This document shows, one piece after another, positions 13,745-27,587 of a stretch of 64,000 nt of DNA; position 1 is the first letter of the stretch; each line of letters begins with the position of its first letter. The stretch comes from the human T2T-CHM13v2.0 reference genome, Homo sapiens. Where the stretch lies: NCBI RefSeq assembly GCF_009914755.1, contig NC_060934.1; one strand, given 5' to 3'. Position numbers and translations under genes: made by a program. The notes beneath the pieces are model-generated. The model was not told the DNA's origin. It saw only the letters and a list, made by a program, of their open reading frames with translations, and ran no database searches.

Positions 13745-13780
13745 TGCAAAAACCACAGTTACTTTTGCACCAACCTAATA
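13745..13780. mobile_element. Half MADE1 / single Hsmar1 mariner terminal inverted repeat
   Basis: TGCAAAAACCACAGTTACTTTTGCACCAACCTAA followed by TA matches the MADE1 TIR; the partner TIR is absent. Confidence 0.85.
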
Positions 13781-16357
13781 TAAACATGTATCGGTTTCTG
13801 CTGTGGTTATGCATCTCCTGCCTTCCCTCATCAGCACCCACCCTGTGCCTTCCTCCTAAGAATCCCTCTCTGTGGGGTCCTGCTGCCCTCTCCTTGCCTG
13901 ACCCACTCAGGTCCCACCTTTTCCCCGGGCCCCGGCGCACCCGCTAGCACCGCTTTCTGCCCACCCTGGCCTGGACGCCTCTCCCTCCCCACAGGCTCAC
14001 ACATCAGTCACCCACTCGAACTGGAGCCGGGCCCTCGGGTGAATCGTTAGCTCCTCGAGCACCGAGACTGAGACTTATACATTTTAATAACTTGGGACGT
14101 GCACAAGAAGGGGCTTGACGAGCCTCGGATTGATTTATTGATTTAGAGGTTGCTTTTCTAGCCAAGGCAACTGAAGATTAGACTCCTGATCACGGACACT
14201 TGACTCCATTCGGAGAGCAGGGCCCATCTGTGCATCCAAGATCGCCTCCCACAAAGGAGAGAAATTCTCCTCCATTCTTTCTCTTGATTGCCTTTCTATC
14301 TTAATTTTTTTTCTCTCTCTCTCATCACCTTCTTACATCTGTTGCAGGTTAAAGGGCACAGTTCAATATCTATCAGGTGAACTTTGACTTTAAACTTAAA
14401 TCTCAGTCTTTGCACAGACCCCATAATCAAAGTAGAAAACCATAAGCTGTGAAAACTTCATGTAGAAGTTTGCCCACAGCTACACAGCCATGGCCATGAC
14501 ATCTAACGTTCCTAGATTTCTAATGGAATTAACTTCTACTGGTTTGTCATAAGAAATGTAGATGCAGAAGCACTGGCTGTTTTACAGATTACACTAGAAA
14601 GAGACATAGGGGTTTTCTCTGGCTTTTCTCTCTCTACAGCAGCTGTCTGTACTGCTCTCTCCCAGAGTGATTTCTTTCCTTTTAATTGATCACCCATTCT
14701 CTAATATACAAAATCAAATAAAACCGAGACACAGCCTCGTAGAGATCACCTGTCTCTTTGGTCATGTTTGTCCTCAAGGTGCCAGCACTTGAAGAGGTGG
14801 AGCTGGAGGGCATCAGCCATGGAGAAGGTGTGACTCCCCCCAGCATCACCCCTCCCCCACTCACACTGCAGACAGGTCTGCCCCGTCTGAAATCAGCTTG
14901 ACCCTCCATCCTGGAAAACTGCCGGCTGATGTGGGCTTTCGCCCATCCCTCTGTGACTGGCCTGAGCTCTGCCCTTGTCCACGCGTGGGTAGATCAGAGG
15001 CAGGAAAGACACATCTACCCTGGAGCACCCTGGCAGCAGGTGCCTGAGGGGCTGAGAGCAAACGGGCGGCGATGCATTGCCTGCAGCCTCCTCTGGCCTC
15101 CCTGGCATGCTTAGGGGGAAAAGTCGCTTCTGTGCACATTGTCAAGGAGCGAGGGGGCCTCATCAGTACTTTATGATAACAGCACACAACCCTGCTAGCC
15201 GTGGGTAGTGCCTGTGATTACTTGCTTTCTACCGATGTTAGGCTGCGTTACGATCGGCATTCACTGTTCAGCGCTTGCTAGGCTGTTAATTATTGTTGTG
15301 TGGCTCTAAGTGATGCTTTCAAAACATTTTAGAATTTTGTTACTGTGAAGGCACCGGGAGGAACTTAATAAGCCAAGATTCTACATGAGAATGACACAGA
15401 TATTAAAACAATGAAAATAGTTTAATCACGGCCTTTTCTTCCACAGCTATGGCTGATAAAAATGTGTTTCTGACACTTGGCCGAATGTCACTAGAGACTC
15501 AGCTGTCTAGGGTCCCTGTTTCATTCTGTACAAGAAACCTCCATGGGTGTGGAAGTAAGTCAGTTTCAAGGAAAAGAATTTGAATCCTGAGCTATTTTAG
15601 CATGGATCTCTACGTTTTAAATGAAATCCTTCTTTTCAGCGAACTGGGAGAAATACAAAGACTTTCCTGGTGTGTCTTTCTCTCCTGGAAACCATGGAGA
15701 AAAATGAAACCAGTTCCGCCATTTGCTCACGGCGGCCTCCGGCCAGGCCCTGGTCCCACTTCCAGGCCAGCGAATCACGGCTGCCCAGTGTCGTGACCAC
15801 TGGAGGGGCCTCCCTGGTGTCCGTTGGGTTCTGACTCAAGATCGGTCTGTGCTTCTTCCCTGTAGCTCCTGCGAGGGCTGGACAGCTGGCCGGGTTTCAT
15901 TTGCCTCATGAGGGGCTTGGAGACATTGATGAGAAGACAGAGAGAGGGGAGTGCTGAGACCCTCAGTGAGGACAGGCGTGAAACTGGCTCAAGCTGTTCG
16001 CCAGGGTGTCCCCTAGCAACACAGAGTCCACGAGTAACATGTTCCTTGGAAGTTTAGATTATTATTTTTTAATTTTGAGAGGTTTGTGGTTACTTGATTT
16101 ACTCTTTCTCCTTTGTTTAGACAAGAAAACTAAGGCCCAGGGAATTGGACTCCCTGGTGAGTGATGAGCCAGGGCACAGTTTCTACCTGCCAGTTTGCAG
16201 TTGGTAAAAATCAGTTTCTGAGACAAGTGTGGGTTTACTCCTAGCCATGCTGTCCCCTGGGATTGGTGGAGACCTCCTCATCGTGATGGTCAGGACTTCA
16301 CAGTGACATTCTAATTCACTTCCCCCATTACCTCCTGCTCCCATGGAGCTAAAGCCT

Positions 16358-16497
16358 CAGCGCTCAAGCACCCCGCCAGCGCCCAACCCCGCCCTGCGCC
16401 CAACCTCCCCACTGCGCCCAACACCACCCAGTGCCCAAGTCCCCCCAGTACTCAAACCCCCCCAGCACCCAACCCCCCCAGCACTCAAGCCCCTCAG
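16358..16497. repeat. Degenerate C-rich ~19-bp tandem repeat
   Basis: Recurring CAGC(G/A)C(C/T)CAA(C/G)CCCC-like motif; G-runs on the minus strand. Confidence 0.75.
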
Positions 16498-17069
16498 GTC
16501 GTCACAAAGGCCGGGTGCTTCCGCTCTGGGTCTGTCCCCATTGCCTGGGCACCTGCAGATCCTGCAAGTCCAGCTCACCCCCGGCCCTTCACAAACTCCC
16601 CCAAACTGCCATCCCTGACAAGACACGTTGTCTCTCTTCACTAAACCCCTACAGCTTGTAACCTGAGACAAAATTTGCCTGTGACCCTTGTGTGGCCTCT
16701 AGGGGTTACACAACAGCCTTGCACATGCCATTCCGAGAATGGCTGCTAAGTAAAACAGCATTAACACAAAGTGACCTGGACACAAAGACAGGGAGCGAGA
16801 CACAGAGAATGCGGGGGAAGGGAGCGTGAGGAGGGAGGAACCTGACAAAACCAACCCCCGTCATTCCTTCATCTACTTGCCCAACACCATCTGCCGAGCC
16901 CTTGCTCACCCCAGCAGTCACCCAGCCACACCCACTTGGCACTTCATGGCCACCTAGACAGGAGCCTCTAGCCTTGCTTGCTAGAGCTGCAGTTGATTTA
17001 TGAGATAACCCAGCAATGGCACCAGGTCCTTTGGCTTTGAGTGTTTCATCTTAGAAATAGGAGATAATT

Positions 17070-17270
17070 ATTTCTTTATACATTTAGCAAACATTCATGA
17101 AGGGTCCACTGTGGCCAGAGACCGTTCTGGGTCCATGAATGGGACAGACTAGAGCTTGGCCCTCCCGACACTTATGTTCTCGTGAGGATGGGAGAAGATG
17201 ACACTCGTGCAGGTAACAGGATAATTTCAGATGGTGATCAACGCAGTACAGAAGCAAGGCAGGGCATAAA
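17070..17270 (-). mobile_element. L2 LINE 3' fragment
   Basis: CATTTAGCAAACATTCATG...CACTGTGGCCAG...ATAATTTCAGATGGTGAT resembles an antisense L2 3' end. Confidence 0.6.
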
Positions 17271-17619
17271 GGGGTGGGGAGGGCTTCCTACCCAGCGGTG
17301 ACACCCTTCCCTGGGTACCAGCCTGTTCTCAGGGAGGGGGCGGAGGAAAGTGGCTTACCCTGTGCCCTGGTTACAGTAAACTCTCTATCAGAAGCCACGA
17401 GTCATTTACATTTCAGTCTCTACCCTCGCTCAGCTCTTGGGTCTCCCATGGTGACAGTGACTCTGGGCAGGGCAGAGGGGGTGTGTGCTGGATCCAGAGG
17501 CTGAAGTTTCAGGCAGAGAAATGGCGACTCTATGAATGCCTCAGTGCATTTTTCCACATGGTGGTTTATTAAAGGTCTATGTGCATTTTAGATTTCTGGA
17601 TTACAGAAATATGAAGGAA

Positions 17620-17927
<308 letters not shown>

Positions 17928-19114
17928 TTATGAGGGAAATACTTATTTCTCAGTAGAGCCACCACCCGCGGTGAAGTGTGGGAAGAGTGGCCTGTGAACC
18001 AGTGCCCCAACAGTGAGTTCCTAGCTTCCCTGGAACAAGAAAAAAGGGTGTGCAACACGTTCGATGTGCCAGGTGCCTCCACGTGGGGTCCCGACGCCAT
18101 CCATGAACGTCCACCTCCACCCTTTCTACCCTGTCTTCCTTCTTTACTTTCTTCCTTCCTCCATTCCATTCAATGAGGCCTGTAGAGCACCCACCACTAC
18201 CTGGCACCGAGACAGGCTGGACGCGGCAGGGAACAGCTCACCCAGCTTTAGCCAGCGGGGACCTGACAAAGGCTGCCTCGGGTTCCACTGTGAGGTCCCG
18301 TTCCTGGTGACTGGGCAGGCTCGGGCTCAGGGCCAGCTGGTGTCATGCCAGGGCGTATCACCTTCCCATGCCCGATGTCAGAGCGCAAAAAATATGCTTA
18401 ACAGGAAACCCAAATGAACAGCAGTGCTTCCGTCACTCTTTGATGCCTGGGAAGGACTTCTACATCCAGGAAGTGCTAGGTCACCCTTTGAACGTCAGTT
18501 ACAGTTGCAGTGAGGTGGCTGGCAGATGAATGGGTCTGGTGATTTGATGGTGTCTGTCTACTGGAGATCTTGGGTAAAGGACGACGCTGTGTGGGCTGCA
18601 GTGCAGGACCAAGCTTCCATTCTCCTCCTGCTGCCAGATCTAGGAAAATGTGGCTCGGTTCACAGTTAGGAAGGAAAATATGTATTTTTTAAATGGTAAT
18701 TTGTAAAAACAATGTGAGAATTTTATCAGATTATTGTAGTTATTCTGGAAATGTATAGTGTCATAGAAATTCTAAACAACAACTTTTCTCTCTGTTAAAA
18801 TTCTCACCTTCTTCTTCTGAAACTGCTACCCAGAGGTGTAGATAAGCGTGATCTTAGAGAGGAGCTTGCCATGCACTGCCTTAGGAGAATGTGTCCGCTC
18901 TTCACAGGGAAAAACAACATGGCAGTGGGAGGACTGAGACATTTTAATAAAATGCTGTTGATTTTCAAAGGTATACATCTTAGAAACATCCTTGTTTTTA
19001 GCTAATATTTAAGCTGTTCCTAGGGCCATAAAATAATCTAAACTGGATAAATTCATCATTATACTAAATATCTCATGAAGAAAAACAACATAGATCTTAA
19101 ACATCCAACTTCAT

Positions 19115-19398
19115 AAACACACTTGTGCAGGCATGTGCACATTACACACACATGCCACATGCATGCATACACTACACACACATATGCACACACTACACAC
19201 ATGCGCACACACACAGGCACACAATACTCACGTGCACACACATGCACACACAGTACACGTATACTCACACAGGCTTGCAAACACAAGCATGCACAATATG
19301 CATCTGCATACACACTATACATGGGCACACAAGTGCTTGCACACACATGCACACTACACATGTGCACACACATGCACACACACTGGATACTCACAGCA
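19115..19398. repeat. Cryptic (CA)/(CATG)-rich simple repeat
   Basis: Imperfect CACACATGCACACA tract. Confidence 0.9.
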
Positions 19399-20199
19399 CT
19401 AGCCTTGTGACCATGCACCTGCCCATGTGGCTGGGCCTATGGCGAGGCTGTGGGCTGAGTTGTGGCCCTCACCCCAGAGACAGTGTCCATGACGGTTCTC
19501 CAAGTCTGGTGAGACTAGAGGGGAAATAACTGCCCTAAAGCCCTGAGAAGTCAAGGACTGATGGCAGATCCTCACACCAGTGTCCTCCTCCCACTCACTG
19601 TGGGACTGCATGAAGTGGCATTGAATAGACAGAGACCTCACAGCCCAGCAGTCACGAAGAACCACTCCCATCTGCACACTCGTTCCAAGTTAGCGTGACA
19701 TGCTGTAAAGGCTCATCTTATGTGGCAACTTGACTGGGCTTGGGGCTGCCCAGGGGGCTGGTCAACTGTTATTTCTGGGTGTATCTGGGAGGATGTTTCT
19801 GGAAGAGACCAGCATTTGAAATGGTAAACTGAGTCAAGAAGCTCTGCCCTTGTCCATGTGGGTGGGTGCATCCAGTCCACAGAGGGCCAAATGGAATGGA
19901 AGCTGGGGGCAGGGTGGATCGCCTCTGCTGGAGTGGGCCTCCCTCTCCCCAGGGCCTCAGACTCCCGTGCTCCTGCTTCCTCTCCTGCTTTTCCTGCTTC
20001 TCCTCCTGCTTCTCCTGCTTCTTCTGCCTCTGGACTCAGGCTAGGGCTACACTGTTGGCTCCCCTGGTTCTGAGCCCTTTGGGCTTGGACTGAACTATGT
20101 CACTGATTTCCTGGTTCACCAGTGCCCAAGCAGGGATTGAGGGACGTCTTAGCCTCCATGATCACATGAGCCAGTTCCCATAATAAACCTCCCCATACA

Positions 20200-20420
20200 C
20201 AGGTTGAGTGTCCCTAATCAAAAAATCCAAAATCCGCAATGCTCCATAGTTCAAAACTTTTTCAGTGCCAACAGGAATTTCAAAGGAAATGCTCACCAGA
20301 ATATTTCAGATCTTGGATTTTCAGAGTGTGGACGCTGAACTGATGAGTGTATTGAAAATATTCCAAAATCTGAAAAAACCCAAATCCCAAGTGAACATCT
20401 CAGGTAAGGGATACTCAATG
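20200..20420 (+). mobile_element. Tigger4a (MER46A/Zombi) DNA transposon MITE
   Basis: TIRs CAGGTTGAGTGTCCCTAATC ... GGTAAGGGATACTCAA; internal AAAATCC(A/G)AAA repeats and CAAAGGAAATGCTCA. Confidence 0.85.
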
Positions 20421-20426
20421 AGTGAG

Positions 20427-20597
<171 letters not shown>

Positions 20598-23174
20598 CAT
20601 ACTGGTTCTGTTTCTCTGGAGAACCCTGGCTAGTGCACACACTATCTTATATTGAATAATGCTGAGTAGTTTCCAAAATATTTTCACATGAAATTTTGTC
20701 AGTTGACTCTCCGAGCTGGTGTTCAGGGGACAGGCTGTCCTGGGCTCTCCCTGAGGGTTTGAGCAGGCCCAGGGACTCAGTCCAGGCCCCCGACTCTGAC
20801 CCCTCCTCTAGTGTGGAGCAGCCTGAAGCCCGAGGGAGTGTCCTGTGCCAGCACCATGTGAACCCGCATGTCCAGGCGACCCGCCATCCTACATGGCACC
20901 TCACGAGCCCCATGGAGCTCCTTGCCAGCACAGAGGGACACAGAGCTCCTCGTCTCCACCCTCTCTTCACACCTCCCTTGATCTGCACATTTCTGCTGCC
21001 GGCTGTGCTGTGGCTCCTGGGGCCCCTCTCCCACCCTCGCCTGCTCCCACCTGCCCTCTGCGCCTGTCCCCACGGGTGTGTTTCCTCCTCCCTCAACACC
21101 GGGAGGACCCTGGGGCCACACCCGCTCCAGAGTCAGATTCAAGTAAGCAGGTCCTTCAGCCGAAAGTGGACTCAATGGCCCAAGACCTAACCCATCTGTG
21201 AGAACACTGGACATGGGCATTTGTATTTTGCAATCAGGCCACAGACACAGCACACAGAGGTGATGTTTCCTAAAGAAAACCACAGCGGGTGTTTTCCCAG
21301 GACTCTCCAGGTGTCCAGCCTAGGCAAGGGCAAGGTGACCTCAGAACTGGCTGTTCTCAACGCTGCTCCTTGGAAACGTGGACCCCCAGGGACCATCTGA
21401 GCTGAGAGGAGGGGCGGCCGGCTGGCCCTGGGCTCTGGAAGCTCCTTCCTCCAGGCACTCCTTCCTACCTGGAAGGATGTGTTTCTTCTGGAGTTTGCAG
21501 GTTAGGGTCACTCCAGGTGTACAAGTGTTTGGAAATGAACCTGCCAAGTATTGTCATATACTTGGCAAGATTCCTGCACTGAATTCATGTTTATTATAAT
21601 ATGTCGCATGACCTCAAAACTTTAGAAGCACACAATATCCATATAATCTTTCCAGTTGATACACTCTGAAGAGTTATATGTATGTGTAATAAAAATATTT
21701 TAATTGAATTCAATTCATTACCAGAACAACCAACACTGGTTAACTGAAAGCAATATAAAAGTGCAAATATTCATTAATAGTCCATTTTTAACAAGCTCTA
21801 ATAAGCTTTTCATAAAACCAGTAGTTACTTTCCAGAACAAACATTTTTTAATTTTTCTGATCTATTCTCATTCTAGTCGATTCTTGGTCACAGCTGGATG
21901 TGGTTAAGCAAACCAATCTGTATTTGTAAAAGCTGGTTTTCATTTCAACCCTGGAAAGCTGGCATAAACTTAAATATTTCTCTGGATCCAATACATATTA
22001 ACTAAAGTAAGTGTATTTGTGAAATTGAAAAGATTATAATGTACACTGAAAGAGTCTATGGCATTTTTACAATTCCAAATGTATCTTACGTAGAGGAGTG
22101 CCTTTAAAAAATATCAACCATGGGTGCCACAGTTTAAAAACACACAATTTTAATAGGTTACCTTGAGAATGATCACCTTCCTTCATTATTTAGATCATTT
22201 CTAGAGTGAAATGTTCCCATGTTAATTTATTCAATAGAGTTTTTGGAGTCAAGCTCTGTGCAAAGTGCTGGGCCTGGAGTGGTGAACTCGGCAGGCTGAG
22301 CAGTCCTGGCAGGTGCACGTCCTATGTAACTTAGAACACGTCTGCAAGATCTTCATCTAAGACGGTATGAGCCTTGAGACCACAGCGCTGTGCTTGCTGA
22401 AAGCATTAGTGTCAAATTTTCCCTTGGAGAAGACCAAACCCAACAGGTCCCCTTGAGATGTGGCTCTGCCTAGTGTTGCGTTGAAATCTCCGGATGATGA
22501 AACCTCCCTGCTTTGTGGGTGATTGCCCCGCCCACTCTGAGCTTCCCTCCGTCGGGACAGCCTCACGTTGGATTAGGTTCAAAGCTCTCCCACTGTCTTC
22601 ATCTCCCTTCCCTCCCTGTGAACGGAACTGGCTGGCCACATTTCTCTTAGAGAATTTTAAATCATTACTCAGTTACTCTTCATTTATCTCAGACACATGT
22701 TGAGCGATTCTGGTCCCTTTTATCTTCACTCATTTCGTTCCTTGCAATAGGCTTTGGCTATCTCTGGACACCTCCTCACTCTATCCCTGGACAGTTGCTG
22801 GTGTGGCTGTCAAAGCCCCTCCACTGACCCAGAGGCCTCTTATCTAGCAACAGGGCTCTCTGGAACACTGTGCAGAAAACCTGATGTTAAAACAAACTAA
22901 CAAAGAAACGAAGAGACATAAACCACGGCTGGATAGGTAAACCCAGCCGTGACGAAGTCCACATGGGACATCAGTGTAGGGCTCCCAGGTGTGGCTCTGA
23001 GGCACGTTTTTGGAGGTCGGGTGCTCCCTTGTTAAAGCTGACTTTATACCGGGAACTGGTTTCCAGTACACAGAAGATGAGAAATAGCTCAACGGAGCGA
23101 GTTGAGGGGGGTGCAAGACATAAAGCAAGGCTGGGAGAAAAACCAAAACTGGTCTAGGCAGACTGACTTTCTTA

Positions 23175-23480
<306 letters not shown>

Positions 23481-23620
23481 AATGGTGCCTATGTAATGTG
23501 GGGGGAGGCTCCGCACAGACCAGCAGTTGCAAGAGATACCACAGTTCATGCCACCAGTAATGCCAACAAGAATGTTGGTAAGAACACTTTGTTGATATAA
23601 ATCTTGTACTTATTCAATTT

Positions 23621-23895
23621 TTATATATATGTAGATAGATATCTATCTATCTACATATATCAATATATAGATATTTGATATATACCGATATGATGTATAA
23701 TATACATCATATCAATATACAATATATGAAATATATCAATATTATATGACATATATAATATTGTTATATATGTCATATATTATATAACATATATCACAAA
23801 TTATAAAACATATAATATTGATATGTAATATATATAATATTGATATATATATCTATTTCTATGTAGAATATATATAATATCTCTCTCTATATATA
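23621..23895. repeat. AT-rich (TA)n-like low-complexity tract with internal palindromes
   Basis: Almost entirely A/T; three perfect inverted repeats of 13-16 bp (see findings). Confidence 0.93.
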
Positions 23896-25509
23896 AAATT
23901 TCCAACCAACACTTTTGGGTCACCTTTGTTTAACTTTTGGCACTTAAAATAACAGTCTTTCTTTTTTTTCTGAAAAGTGCCCTCATGATTTAATACTCAT
24001 TCATGATTGAAAGGCTGTTGCTTAAATCTTACAGAATTAAAGGTGTCCGCAACACAACAGATGTAGACACACTGAAGGAATACTTCTGCCTGAGCCATTT
24101 TATTTTAAATTACTGAGATTTCTTTTACCACAAGTGGCTCTGCTCTAGCTAACATCAGATACTTGGCAGTTTATATTTCTGCCGTGATGATGTAAATCCT
24201 GTTTCCACAGAATCCTTTAAATTCCACACCTTGCCAGCTCGGAGTGGGAAGGAAGGAGCAGCGTTGCCTGTCACCAGCTTCATTCTTTAATTATGGCATT
24301 CTTCCTTGATTAGAGCTATAATCACATAGCAATCCCCAAATCTTGATTACTGGTGGAAAATGCAAGTCTAATGAAACCCATTATACTCTTGAAAAGCAAA
24401 TACACTTTCTTTTAGAAGATGGCAAGGGTTTTTGTCTTAAATGATTACCCTCAATGCAGAATTTCAGGGTGTTGAGGTTTTCAAATAATTTTCCCTAAAA
24501 TAACGTATTTGTTCCTTGATCCTAAGAAGTTACAATCCATGGCAACATGTAGGGAAAGTATTGTAAGGTGAATTCTTGTCCTCTAACAGTATGATTCTTC
24601 TGATTAGATTTCTATCCCATCCCTATAAAATATCAATAACTTAAATGTGTTGCCACTCTTAAACTGCAGTTTCATACGATGATGTATTAATCGCTCGCAA
24701 TAATTTGCCTCGTCACCAAGTTAATGTGTCTGCGTGGCTCCTGTTTATGAGCAAAGCAAACCTCCTACTGCTCCGGGCTGCCTCCTAACGCCACTTCTGC
24801 GATTTCCCTACAGACACTAGTATCAGGGGTGCTGAATGGAAAAGTAGAAATTAAAATGGAAAAGTTCTTTGTCTGGCATTGAAAGAAACCGCCAATATTT
24901 TTATGTGAGAATGAACAGTTGGAGCTGCTTCCACCAGAAGACAGAAAAGAGAGGTTTGGGGGAAAATGGGTCTTGGGTGGCTGGGAGGAGATGCTCCAGG
25001 CTGTTTTCCACATGGAGGAAACTTGGCAATAATGAAAGTTCCTTTTCTAGCTCTCATTAGTTGCCTCTGTATTTCCTGAATTACCCTGTCACATTCAATA
25101 CCCAATATAAATGAAGCAACTTTTAATCATTCCAGGAGAGATGGAGGACAGATGCAGATATTACACTTCAATATATGGAAGTAGTCTCAAAATGTCATTA
25201 ACTCGTGAATTAACAATGAGCTTTGATTGTTGAAAAAAGATGACATATTTCCCCATTTAGAGTTTGGGACAAGAAGTTAATTTAAATGCTAAAAGTACAT
25301 ATATTTGACTAACTTGATGTCACATATATCTCTTAGCATTAATACAGAAATGGCATTTATAAAAGCCATAATGCATGTAGCTCAAGGCAAGCTTTCTTAA
25401 ACAGTTTGACTCAATTGAGACCTTATAAAGCTTTGGTCTATTGTTCCACTTTCATGAGGTTTTTTTTTTTGGTCAGGCCAATTATAGCGAAGGATACATA
25501 TTTCAGGTG

Positions 25510-25692
25510 AACCTTTATTGAGTGCTGACTGCTAGCCAGACATTGTTCTCTGAGCCTCGTGTGCATTACACAGTTTCTTACAACAAGCCGATGAGGCAGA
25601 TAATTTTATCACCATCATTTTCCAGGTGAGTAGAATGAGATTTAGGATTAAGTGTTTTTTTTGTAAGGTTGCTCATCTAATAAATGGTGGTT
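25510..25692 (-). mobile_element. MIR fragment
   Basis: TTTATTGAGTGCTGACT...CTTACAACAAGCCGATGAGGCAGATAATT...CATTTTCCAGGTGAG. Confidence 0.7.
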
Positions 25693-26144
25693 CCCACTGC
25701 AGCCAGTCCTCTCCATGTCTGCGAGATGACACAGCTGGACCCGACGAGCTGGGAGAAAAGGCAAAATCACCACTCATCACTCATCTTCTATTTGCTTAAA
25801 ATGGTGTGTCGGGGGCTCACATACTTCTCATCCGTGCTCCCTCCATGCAGGTGACACAAGTCACACAGGTCTTTTTCTTAAAGGAGGTGGAGAGGCTGCC
25901 TTGCCTGCACTCACACGGACTTCCAGTGGGGAAGAAGCCGTCTTGGCGAGTGTCTTGGTTTGAGATCATCAGGGCCATACCCTCATCATGGTACAAGTGT
26001 TTGTGCAGTCAGGGTGGAAACAGCAGGGAGCAGACATGCTGTGGCCATCTCCTAAAGCTGGAGCACTTCAGGAGAATGGGAGGGCCATGGTCCCATGGGC
26101 ATGAGTGCTCTCCTGCTGCCTGCCAAGCCTGTCCTGGAACTGAG

Positions 26145-26234
26145 CCAGGAGGCTGACTGCATCCAGGAAGCTGACCGCATCCAGGAGGCTGACCGCATCC
26201 AGGAGGTTGACCGCATCCAGGAGGCTGACTGCAT
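26145..26234. repeat. 18-bp tandem repeat x 5
   Basis: CCAGGAGGCTGAC(C/T)GCAT x 5. Confidence 0.95.
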
Positions 26235-26515
26235 GGTTCTTCCTAGAGCAGGGCTTAGAGCCTGCTCTGTGGTCAGTCATGTGGCCCTGGAAGAGAAGTC
26301 CCCAGAGCCTTCAGGAATGTCCCAGGGTCTTGGAATCAGAGAAGACCAAGAAACGCCACCAGCTTTGGAACTGGGTGAGCTTTATCTGGGTGTTTCTCCC
26401 TGGCTGGCCCACAGTACCAGACCATTCACGAGCAGCCTGATGATCACAGCTGATCCTTACCCTAAGAAAGCTTTGGGCTCCAACATGACTTCCCGTTCTT
26501 ATAAAACACAAAGAG

Positions 26516-26850
26516 GGCCGGGCGCAGTGGCTCACGCCTGTCATCCCAGCACTTTGGGAGGCCAAGGCGAGAAGATCATGAGGTCAGGAGTTCGAGACCA
26601 TCCTGACCAACATGGTGAAACCTGTCTCTACTAAAATACAAAAAATTAGCTGGGTGTGGTGGCGGGCGCCTGTAGTCCCAGCTACTTAGGAGGCTGAGGC
26701 AGGGGAATCACTTGAACCCAGGAGGCGGAGGTTGCAGCGAGCGGAGATCATGCCACTGCACTCCAGCCTGGATGACAGAGTGAGACTCCTCTGTCTCAAA
26801 CAAAACAAAACAAAGCAAAACAAAACAAACAAACAAACAAACAAACAAAC
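26516..26850 (+). mobile_element. AluS (Sg-like) with (CAAAA)/(CAAA)n tail
   Basis: GGCCGGGCGCAGTGGCTCACGCC ... GATCATGAGGTCAGGAGTTCGAGACC; flanks AAACACA(A/TG)AAGAG resemble a TSD. Confidence 0.93.
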
Positions 26851-27587
26851 ACATGAAGAGGGCTCAGGCCAAGCCGCAAAGCCATGACCTGCCCTTCTAA
26901 CAGGCACAGTGGTTCTTTGTGGAACCACTCAGAAAAAAACTTCAGGCCTTAATGGGGTGTTGGCGGGAAGATCTGAAGTGTGTTTTAATCCCACAGCCCG
27001 TAAACACTGGATGCCATCGATGAGGGAGCATGGCGGCTATACTTACATACCTCTAGTGATGGGGAACTCACTATCTCCTGAGGGTGTTTTTCTGTTTCTC
27101 CCAAGGAAATTTACTCCATCCTTAGCCAGTTTGTTAGAGATTGTACCGTTGTAAAATTCAGTTTAGAAGTCTCATTTTCCTCGGACAATTATAGTCTTAC
27201 TCCTTAAGTGGAAGGGGTTGAGTTCAAGCTCTCCTTCTAAACGCCTGCTTCTTTAATAGGGACACACTAGGGAGGGAGGGGTAGATATCATGGTTCCTGT
27301 CCAGTATGAGAATCACTAGTGTTGTTGAAAGAAAGTGACAAATAAACAGAACGAATTCTACCTTTTTTAAAGCAGGTTAAAAGCAAGTGTCAGAGCTTGC
27401 AGTTTGCTGCCATTAGAGGGGCTCCAGGGGCCCATTTACATTTTGACATAAAATATGAGGAAAACACAATTGAGACGGAAATCATAAAAATGGCGGATGC
27501 TCTAAACTAAACCCACAAGTTAAGCTGAACATCTTAAGCATTTTCCAGATAACAAACTACGTAGGTGAATCCTGTTGTTGCCTGGGA

